Shown here piece after piece: positions 49,601 to 57,588 of a stretch of 64,000 nt of DNA. The stretch is from contig CAMKEM010000008.1 in the NCBI GenBank assembly GCA_946411565.1, positions 1,160 through 65,159 on the forward strand. The letters are read 5' to 3'. Source of the DNA: an uncultured Prevotellaceae bacterium. Lineage in GTDB: Bacteria > Bacteroidota > Bacteroidia > Bacteroidales > Bacteroidaceae. Positions within the stretch are counted from its first letter, which is position 1. Every line of letters starts with the position of its first letter. The translations under genes were made by a program, and so were the position numbers. The notes below the pieces were generated by a model, which worked only from the letters and a program-made list of their open reading frames with translations, was not told the DNA's origin and did no database searches.

Positions 49601-49796
49601 GCTCTGAAGGAGCGACACCTAAAAGGGCAGTCCGTTAGGGCTGTTATATTGGTCGATATTTTGTTGAATGAGGTCTGTAGGACCGACACCTATAATCTTA
49701 GTCTTCAGGTGTCGCACTTACAGCGCTCCATTCCCCACATCCATTGGCATTGACAGCCCTCACGGACTGCCCTTTTAGGTGTCGGGCTTTCAGCCC
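49601..49796. repeat. REPIN-like element, family A copy 1
   Basis: GCTCTGAAGGAGC...GGGCTTTCAGCCC ends; long arms CGACACCTAAAAGGGCAGTCCGT/ACGGACTGCCCTTTTAGGTGTCG; homologue at 55075. Confidence 0.8.
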
Positions 49797-49834
49797 TTAT
49801 ATACTTGTGAAGGTTAAATTTAAAATTTCAAACT

Positions 49835-51553
49835 ATGGTAAAAAAATCAAAAAACCATCTTGAAAGCAAGCAAGAGGAAGAAAGAAACCTTAGCGTTCCA
49901 GTCTCAGAAAAAGCACAGAAAGAGAATTTGATTGCCTTCGACCTTTGCGTGAAGGAGGCAGGGCTTAACTCCAAGACAATGGATGTGTGGGGCGAGAACA
50001 ACTGGCACAACAACCTTATGGCGGTGCTATCCATCGGCTTCCCGAAACTCATGTCAAGGGAACAGGCGTTTGCCGTGGTGGCAGAGAAACTGCCTGACTA
50101 TGCGCAGAATGATGACTGCAAGGCACTTGTCAATTATTTCTATGACAACCACAGTTCTACGAAGTACCTGTCTTCCGTCATGCGTGAAATAAATGCGAAG
50201 GCGCAGGAGATTGCACGCAAGAACGAGGTGGACGCAATGGCGGTGCTTATGGACGGATGGGATGCGCCTGTATTGCCAGAGAAGATTCCGAGGCTTATGG
50301 AGTTGCTCGTAAGTAACTACGACAAGCGTTTCCGTGAGATGCTGCTTCTCTCTGCATTGCCTGTGCTTTCGGCTCATGCAAGTCATTTTCGTGCGATGTA
50401 TCTGAATGGGCAGATAATCGGACCACAGACATACGTAACCGTGATTGGAGGCTCTGGCTCGGGAAAAGGCAACTGTACGGCATTGTATAAGGATATGATA
50501 GAGCACACGCTTGCAGCTCACGATGCGAAGGAATGGGAGAAGGTTCGCAGAAATCAGGAGGAGCGCGATCAGAAGGCGAATGCAAAGGAGCGTCCGCAGA
50601 AGTATCATCCAAAGCTGAGGCTTTTCGAGACTACTTCAAAGTCGTCAATACTTGAGTTGCAGACGAACCTCGGGAAGAACGGAATGCTGCTTGGGCAGTT
50701 CTCGGAGGTGGATGGTCTGAGTAGTGCTGCGCGTGCACGTTTTAGCGATATAACGGTGCTGTTGCGCAAGGGCTGGGATATGGATACGCACAGGCAGTAC
50801 TATATGAGCGAATCAACCTGCAACACTCATGTGCAGATGTCAATATCGTTGCTGATGGCTGGTACGGTGATGGCTATGCTTGAGCGATTGTTGACGGCTA
50901 AGAACCGTGAGGGCGGCTTGATGCAGAGGTGCATTCCGGTGCTCGTGCCAACGGGAGGGCGCACTTTCCGTCCGCCAAAGCAGAACTGCCTGAAAGCGGA
51001 GGAAGTGGCAGAGCGTGACGAGATGCTGATGTCTCTTTATCAGAAGGATATGGGGCTTGGCGATGAGGTGGAGGTGCTCAAACTTCCGAAGATGAAAAAA
51101 GCGATTGAACGATGGTTTGACGAACTTGAATATCGCTATAGTGTTGGTGAGTTGGATGAAGCGGGAGCCGATTTGTCGCATAGATGCGGTGAGTTCATGA
51201 TGAGGGCTGCTATTCCGCTTGTGGCTCTTGAGGGCAGGGAAACGCGCGAGATTGTGGATTTCTGCGTGTGGGTAGGCAGGTATGCGCACTATACCATGTG
51301 TCGCCTCTACGGAAAGAGCACGCAGATGAATATTGACAATGACAGGCAGTTGCTCAATGGCTGTCAGGATAGGAGGAAGACGAACGAACCGCTTCTGAAG
51401 CTTCTGAACGACACCTTTACGCTAAGCGAGATAGTGGAAGTGAGGAAAAGTCACGGAATTGTTTCCAATGTTAGGCCGCTTATTACATCCTATCTCGATA
51501 AAGGAAAGATAATGCGATTGGGTAGGGGAATATATCGTAAGCTGAAGGTTTAA
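49835..51553 (+). CDS. DUF3987/VirE-associated P-loop protein (primase-helicase-like remnant)
   Basis: VIGGSGSGKG Walker A, FSEVD, GGLMQR; C-terminal winged-helix-like G.I.RLGRGIYRK. Confidence 0.7.
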   Translation: MVKKSKNHLESKQEEERNLSVPVSEKAQKENLIAFDLCVKEAGLNSKTMDVWGENNWHNNLMAVLSIGFPKLMSREQAFAVVAEKLPDYAQNDDCKALVNYFYDNHSSTKYLSSVMREINAKAQEIARKNEVDAMAVLMDGWDAPVLPEKIPRLMELLVSNYDKRFREMLLLSALPVLSAHASHFRAMYLNGQIIGPQTYVTVIGGSGSGKGNCTALYKDMIEHTLAAHDAKEWEKVRRNQEERDQKANAKERPQKYHPKLRLFETTSKSSILELQTNLGKNGMLLGQFSEVDGLSSAARARFSDITVLLRKGWDMDTHRQYYMSESTCNTHVQMSISLLMAGTVMAMLERLLTAKNREGGLMQRCIPVLVPTGGRTFRPPKQNCLKAEEVAERDEMLMSLYQKDMGLGDEVEVLKLPKMKKAIERWFDELEYRYSVGELDEAGADLSHRCGEFMMRAAIPLVALEGRETREIVDFCVWVGRYAHYTMCRLYGKSTQMNIDNDRQLLNGCQDRRKTNEPLLKLLNDTFTLSEIVEVRKSHGIVSNVRPLITSYLDKGKIMRLGRGIYRKLKV

Positions 51554-51584
51554 AGTTAAAGTTTAACTAAAAACATACACACCC
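51545..51584 (-). repeat. ~40-bp motif, copy 5, overlapping the stop of the P-loop gene
   Basis: AAGGTTTAAAGTTAAAGTTTAACTAAAAACATACACACCC. Confidence 0.8.
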
Positions 51585-51819
51585 AGAATGGGAGAGTAAG
51601 AAATTAAGAGATTAAGAAATTAATAACAAACGCAAAGGCGCGAATGTGCGAAGGATATTTTTGAACACGGAAAGCACGGAATTGACGAAAGTTTTCGTTT
51701 CTTTTGTGCATTCCGTGTTCGTATAAAAAGAAAACTCAGCGTTTGCACTCGAGAATAAAGAAAAGAGCCTATCCTGAAATAAATCGGGATAGGCTCTATC
51801 TTATTCGCTATATAATAGT

Positions 51820-52311
51820 TTATTTTGCACGATGCATTTTTATTGTGTCGCTTAAGAAAAAGGGAGATTGTATTTCCAAAACAGAGTCATTTACATCCAA
51901 AAATTCTGCCGAACGATTAAAGGCATAGTCAGATTTCGGACGTAAACATAAAGCGTTTTTCCCTGTCGAAGACAAATACCGTAAATCCCAAGTTCCATCG
52001 AATTCAGAATCCACAATAGTTACCCATTCCTTAAACACATTTTTCCCGTCAACTTTCACAGAGTCACGCGTCTTTAATAAGATATGACCTTCAAAAACGC
52101 TATCATTCAGGAAATTATAGTCTTGAGCTAAGAACACACATTGTGTTTCATTCGTAGCAGTCCAGCGACCATGTATTTTCTTTGAGTATAATTCCCTTAA
52201 AGCAAGTGTTTCCTGAGATTTTGCGTCGTCTTGTGGTAATTCCTCCTTGTTACAAGACTGGAATATCACAATTATGGAAAACAATAAAATATATGATATC
52301 GGCTTAATCAC
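51820..52311 (-). CDS. Hypothetical lipoprotein
   Basis: Lipobox IFQSC. Confidence 0.7.
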   Translation of the reverse strand: MIKPISYILLFSIIVIFQSCNKEELPQDDAKSQETLALRELYSKKIHGRWTATNETQCVFLAQDYNFLNDSVFEGHILLKTRDSVKVDGKNVFKEWVTIVDSEFDGTWDLRYLSSTGKNALCLRPKSDYAFNRSAEFLDVNDSVLEIQSPFFLSDTIKMHRAK

Positions 52312-52320
52312 TATTACTAA

Positions 52321-53001
52321 TTAGAAGTTGGGAGGGGTAATCTTTGTATAATGAAAATTAAACTCCAGTTTTCTAGCAGGAGCACTCATGTTGTATTGAG
52401 CACCTGCCACATCGCATATAATAAAATATCCTCTTGTTTTGCAGACAATTTTTTTACCAGTCTGTGATAACGTGAATCCATAACCACCTGAATTTTCAGG
52501 ATCCCACCCCATTCTTCCAGGAGTAACACTGCCTTTCATACAGAAATACATCTCAGAAGGCAATTCGAATGTGTTAGTAAAGAATACATCTTTACAGATA
52601 TAGTATCCATTCTTAATTCCAAGTGATGTAGCTTCTTTTTTGGTTATCTGCCTTGTATAATTAGCTCCTCCCTTATAGCCATTAGGATTAGGCTCCATTG
52701 CCGTATAACCATACAGGGTCTTAGACTGCCATGTTCCGAACGGGCTTGCCGACTGGAGTGTTTTAGCAAAAGAAGGTAAAAGCTGGACGTTACTTGAATT
52801 GCCTTTATAACTAACTCTGTAAGTAGCAGGAACTTCCGAATTTTCGGCATTGTTTGTAGATGCGCTTCTTGTCACGTTTGGAGAAGACAGCAATTCTACA
52901 GCAATCTTATCATTATTTTTTTCGAATTCCTCTTGTTCGTCAGAACATGAAATCATAGTTAAAGCCATAGCGGCCAATGCAATACTAAATACTTTTTTCA
53001 T
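52321..53001 (-). CDS. Hypothetical lipoprotein
   Basis: MKK...MISCSDE lipobox; TRS propeptide-like motif. Confidence 0.75.
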   Translation of the reverse strand: MKKVFSIALAAMALTMISCSDEQEEFEKNNDKIAVELLSSPNVTRSASTNNAENSEVPATYRVSYKGNSSNVQLLPSFAKTLQSASPFGTWQSKTLYGYTAMEPNPNGYKGGANYTRQITKKEATSLGIKNGYYICKDVFFTNTFELPSEMYFCMKGSVTPGRMGWDPENSGGYGFTLSQTGKKIVCKTRGYFIICDVAGAQYNMSAPARKLEFNFHYTKITPPNF

Positions 53002-53360
53002 TTTTCTTTTTGTTTAGTTTGGTTTGAAATTACACTTAAATGCATTATAAGTTTTTATGTTTTTGGATCCATGGCTTGCATAATATGCATTTTTATCCTA
53101 AAGATATTGAAATGTTATATGCAATCCTTTGCAAAGGTATATATAAAATGAATATCTACCAAATATTTTAAGTTTTTTTTATGTGTTACATTGTTACATT
53201 TTTTTAGAGAGACGGTAGGAATTAGTAATTACGAATTACCTGTTTTGTGAAATTATGATATAAACGCATAGGGACATAAAAAAAATGCATAGCGTTCAGA
53301 TGAATGCTATGCACTTGAAATTAACGTATGATGGTATTTAGAACTTATATTCCAATGTGA

Positions 53361-55007
53361 TTAGAATTTATATCCTAATGTGATGAGGAACTGATCGCGG
53401 TTGTTGTTTACCTCCACGACTGGTGCCTTGTTGAGAGAGCCATCCACGGTGACTGTCTCGAATGGATGGAAATCACCCTTCTGCTGTGAGTGTTGATAGG
53501 CAACGTCGATAGTATAGTCGTCGATGTTGAAACCTACGCCGAATGTGAAACGGTTGGTTGCCTTCCAGTTTACAAAGTCGGTTGATGAGCTGAAATAGCA
53601 TCCGTCTGTGTTGAGCATAGTGGTGCGCTCAGCCTTGTCCTCGTACATCTGTGACACGTAGTTGTAGCCTGCACGGATGGCGAGCTCTGGCATTGGCTTG
53701 AACTCGGCACCGAGCTTCACGGTTGATACTCCGCAGAGTGATTTCTCGGTGTGGTTGTTCATTATCTTATCTGACTTTGAATCGGCAGTCTCGGAATCAA
53801 GGTAGCCGTCGTAGCTGTAGCCTGAGATGTAGCGGTTGTCGATTGAAGAGTAGTCGGCATACTCATAGCTTGCTCCGAGTGCTATCTGCTTGCCGATGGT
53901 GTAGCCTAAGCTGGCACCGAACTTCCAAGGGGTGAATATCTTGTACTTGTATTCATCGTTTGTGTTGTAATTGCCTTCAAAACCGATAGGCTGACGGAGA
54001 TTCTCGTCGTAGCCCTTGTTGATGATCTCAGTGTAGTTGTATGACTTCAGCTCGTACCATGTAGGAGTAGTGATGCTGAAACCGATACGTAGCGGACTTG
54101 CATCGATAGGGCGGAAGATGATACCAGCCGAGATGTCGTAGCCCTGACCTGTGATTTCGCGGGTGTCAACCAAATCGTAATATCCTGCTGCGTTGCCCTT
54201 GGAATCGTTGATGTCCTCGCTATATGCTTGTTCGTGCTTGTAGTTCACGTCCTTGATGCCAACGGTGATACCCCAGTAGAATCGGTCGTTGTGGTTGCCG
54301 CTCAGGTTGATGTCGAAGTTGCTGATGTAGCCTCTCTGATTGCGTGCGAAGAGGTAGTCGTAACCGTCGTAGTAGTAGGCATCTCCATCATTTGGATCAA
54401 CAATGAATGCGTTCCACAGCAGATAATCCACTTGTGAGAAGCATTGTGAGGTGACAGGTGACAGCTCGGAATAGTAGCCGATAAGGTCATCATCTGTGTT
54501 GAAATCAACATAGTAGCCGCCATTTCTTGCATCACCTATTGCACCCTTTTGGTAGGCAAGTTTGTTGAGCGAAGCACCTTTCAGATCTCCCATGTGAGAG
54601 AGAATCTGGTTGAAGTTGCGCGACTTGTGATAGTTGAATGCGCAGTTGATGAAGTTGCCTTGAGATGTCTCGTTGGCATAGACAAAGCCAAATTGGTCGA
54701 AGCTCATAGGGGCTTTCTTGCCTGTGATGTTGAGCTTGTCAGCCACGCTTGTGTCGTCGCCCTTAACTGCTGTTGCGCCCATGGTGAAGTTAATGCCGCT
54801 CTTGCGGAACATGCCGATGCCGGCAGGGTTGGTAGAGATGGTGGAGATATCAGCACCGAGTGCTTCCATTGCTCCGCCCATGCCCACGTAGCGTGCAGTA
54901 CCGTTGAGATCCTGCGTTGCTATGTTTGCGCTCTCGTAGGTCTCCTGTGCCATTGTTGGGATGGCGAGGGAGGTGAGGGCTACTGTATATAGGATGTAAT
55001 GTTTCAT
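53361..55007 (-). CDS. OmpP1/FadL/TodX-family outer-membrane beta-barrel
   Basis: GTARYVGMGGAMEALGADISTISTNPAGIG; C-terminal TLGYKF. Confidence 0.88.
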   Translation of the reverse strand: MKHYILYTVALTSLAIPTMAQETYESANIATQDLNGTARYVGMGGAMEALGADISTISTNPAGIGMFRKSGINFTMGATAVKGDDTSVADKLNITGKKAPMSFDQFGFVYANETSQGNFINCAFNYHKSRNFNQILSHMGDLKGASLNKLAYQKGAIGDARNGGYYVDFNTDDDLIGYYSELSPVTSQCFSQVDYLLWNAFIVDPNDGDAYYYDGYDYLFARNQRGYISNFDINLSGNHNDRFYWGITVGIKDVNYKHEQAYSEDINDSKGNAAGYYDLVDTREITGQGYDISAGIIFRPIDASPLRIGFSITTPTWYELKSYNYTEIINKGYDENLRQPIGFEGNYNTNDEYKYKIFTPWKFGASLGYTIGKQIALGASYEYADYSSIDNRYISGYSYDGYLDSETADSKSDKIMNNHTEKSLCGVSTVKLGAEFKPMPELAIRAGYNYVSQMYEDKAERTTMLNTDGCYFSSSTDFVNWKATNRFTFGVGFNIDDYTIDVAYQHSQQKGDFHPFETVTVDGSLNKAPVVEVNNNRDQFLITLGYKF

Positions 55008-55074
55008 TGTTGTAAATTGAAAATTGAAAGTTGAAAATTGAAAATTAATTTCTTAATCTCTATTCCGCAAGTGA

Positions 55075-55299
55075 GTCCTGAAGGGACGACATCTAATAGG
55101 GCAGTCCGTTAGGGCTGTTATATGTGGTTGGTATTTTTAGAGAATGAGGTCTGTAGGACCGACATCTAAAGTCTAAGTTTTCAGGTGTCGCACTTTCAGT
55201 GCTCCATCAATCACGTTCCTATCTAATAACAGCCCTTCTTCGCAAGCTCAGATCGCAAGCAAATCCGGACTGCCCTTTTAGGTGGCGGGCTTACAGCCC
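55075..55299. repeat. REPIN-like element, family A copy 2
   Basis: Colinear with 49601..49796 plus an insert at 55237-55265. Confidence 0.8.
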
Positions 55300-55348
55300 T
55301 CATTTACGAAATATAATCTCTTAATTTCTTAATCTTTTAATCTCGAAA

Positions 55349-56452
55349 TCATCTTCTTCCTCCGAAGTGACCGCCGCCACCGCCGCGTGAACCTCCGAAG
55401 CTACCGCTGCTACGACTGCTTGAAGAACTGCTTGATGAGCTGCTTGAAGAAGAACTGCTATAACTGCGCGTTGATGATGAAGAGTAGTCGGAACGACTGC
55501 TGTATGAAGGGTCACTTCTTCTTGATGCGCTCTCAGCTCTGTCAGCCATGTTGCGCTGTGCTCTTGTTACTCTTCTGCGGAATGCGTCGGTCTCAGCACG
55601 GTTTTGAGAATTCATGTTTGATGTCATTCCCTGATAGTCGGCACGAGCGGCGTGTGTTCCGTGAGTAGGACGGATAACGCGGTCTGTTCGGCCATTTACA
55701 GTTCCGCCAAGTGCTACTGGTGTGTAGTGGTGGTAGCGGTGTCCCCAGCCATAAGAGCCGATGTAATATCCTCCTCTATAATATGGTGAATACCAACTGT
55801 AGTAGCCTCCGTAATACCAAAGATCGTTCCAGTACCAAGGATCATATACCCAGTATGGATTCCAGTACCAAGGATCGTTCCAGAAGAAAGGATCGTAAGC
55901 CCAGTGTGAATACCAAGGGTCGTTGTAGAGCAACCATGCACGACGTGAGCCGTAGAAGCCGTCGAAACGATTCATGCGACGAGAGTAGTAATAATCGTCA
56001 TCGTTGTAATAGTCGTATGACTTTTTCTTCTTCTTCACGTTGGAGCCAGCCAAGGTGTCGAGTGAAGCAATGAGACTGTCAGGGTACTGCCCATCGCCAG
56101 GAGTGAACTCGATGATGTCGTTGCCTATGGAGTCGGATACGATAGCGTAGGTTGACGCGAACTTGCCACGGCGGTTATATTCGTCGTCGCTGCAATCGCG
56201 GCCACGGTGATACACCATATCTCCATTTGCATCCACAGAAATGCGGTGCCTGTTCTTGCGGAACCACTCTTTCTTGGCTTCAAGGATAGCAGCATCTTCT
56301 TCAGCCTTCTTCTTTGCGAGGGCTGCTTCTGCCTCAGCCTTTTCCTTTGCCTTTACAGCCTTTGTCTTCGGGGTGAAGTACATATCGTCCTGCGCTTGGA
56401 TTGAGCAGGAAGCGATTGTTGCTATTGCGAGAAGAGTCAGTATTCTTTTCAT
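55349..56452 (-). CDS. Conserved Bacteroidales exported protein with W/Y-rich middle and Ser/Gly-rich tail
   Basis: AQDDMYFTP, DEYNRR; co-oriented upstream of the FadL-like gene. Confidence 0.8.
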   Translation of the reverse strand: MKRILTLLAIATIASCSIQAQDDMYFTPKTKAVKAKEKAEAEAALAKKKAEEDAAILEAKKEWFRKNRHRISVDANGDMVYHRGRDCSDDEYNRRGKFASTYAIVSDSIGNDIIEFTPGDGQYPDSLIASLDTLAGSNVKKKKKSYDYYNDDDYYYSRRMNRFDGFYGSRRAWLLYNDPWYSHWAYDPFFWNDPWYWNPYWVYDPWYWNDLWYYGGYYSWYSPYYRGGYYIGSYGWGHRYHHYTPVALGGTVNGRTDRVIRPTHGTHAARADYQGMTSNMNSQNRAETDAFRRRVTRAQRNMADRAESASRRSDPSYSSRSDYSSSSTRSYSSSSSSSSSSSSSSSRSSGSFGGSRGGGGGHFGGRR

Positions 56453-56608
56453 TGCTTTATCCTCCTATATATAAAGGTAAATTTCTTGTAACTTTTGGTT
56501 TATGGTGCAAATTTACTTTAACTTTTGCTACAAAATTACGGAAAATCCCTATCAAATGAGGAGTTTTTCCCTAATTTTATTAATTTTGCAGTAAAATTTA
56601 ACTTAGTT

Positions 56609-57478
56609 ATGAAATATTTTGTATCACATTTCACAATTCAGTGTGCTGATGGTGAATTTATGCAGCCTGCACGTGAGATAACCGCTGCCATTGCTGGCGA
56701 ATGTGGCTATGAGACTTTCCTCGATACTGACAACGGTGTTGACGGTTATGTTCAGGTGGATTTCTACGATGAGCCTGTGGTAAAGGAGGCATTGGCAGAC
56801 TTCCCTATGGAGGGTGTTACCGTGACCTTCGAGACCGAGGAAATTGAGGATAAGGATTGGAATGAGACTTGGGAACAGGAAGAGGGTTTTGCACCTATTA
56901 ATATAGATGACAGGCTCGTGATCTATGATGTTCTGCATCCGGAAGGGCATGAAAACGAGAATGGAGATATAAAGATAGGTATTCAGGCTCGTAACGCTTT
57001 CGGAACAGGTACGCATGAGACTACCCAGATGATTGTGGGTACGTTGCTCGACATGGATTTGAAGGGAAAAAGGGTGTTGGATTGCGGTTGTGGTACTGGT
57101 ATTCTTGCCATTACTGCCCTGAAATGCGGTGCTGCTGATGCCGTGGCGTATGACATTGATGAATGGAGTGCAGATAACACTCGCCATAATGCCGAAATAA
57201 ACGGTGTTGCGGATAGGATAGAGGTGTTTGAGGGTAATGCTCATGTGCTCTCGCATATAAGCGGTGTGTTTGACGTGGTTCTCGCGAATATCAACCGTAA
57301 CATTCTCTTGAATGACATGCCTGCCTTCAAGGAGGTCATGGCGCATGGTGGTACGCTCATTCTCAGCGGTTTCTACGAGGAGGATGTTCCTCTGCTCTTG
57401 GAAAAAGCCGAAAGCCTCGGACTCAGCCTCAAGGAGAAGAAAGAGGAGGGGGAGTGGAGGATGGTTGTGTTTAGATAA
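56609..57478 (+). CDS. prmA: Ribosomal protein L11 methyltransferase
   Basis: AFGTGTHETT, VLDCGCGTGIL and LANINRN. Confidence 0.95.
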   Translation: MKYFVSHFTIQCADGEFMQPAREITAAIAGECGYETFLDTDNGVDGYVQVDFYDEPVVKEALADFPMEGVTVTFETEEIEDKDWNETWEQEEGFAPINIDDRLVIYDVLHPEGHENENGDIKIGIQARNAFGTGTHETTQMIVGTLLDMDLKGKRVLDCGCGTGILAITALKCGAADAVAYDIDEWSADNTRHNAEINGVADRIEVFEGNAHVLSHISGVFDVVLANINRNILLNDMPAFKEVMAHGGTLILSGFYEEDVPLLLEKAESLGLSLKEKKEEGEWRMVVFR

Positions 57479-57588
57479 ATTAAAAATGAAAAGTGAAAAA
57501 TTAAAAATACAAGTTACTTTTTTCTGGTAATAATTACCCACAGAAATACAAACCTGTATTTTTCATTTTTAACTTTTCATTTTTCATT
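57479..57588. repeat. Heptamer-based inverted repeat between convergent genes
   Basis: AAAATGAAAAGTGAAAAATTAAAAATACA...TGTATTTTTCATTTTTAACTTTTCATTTT. Confidence 0.6.

Noticed and set aside
55349..55520. Ser/Gly-rich repeat as a separate element
   Set aside because: Low-complexity C-terminus of a conserved host protein.
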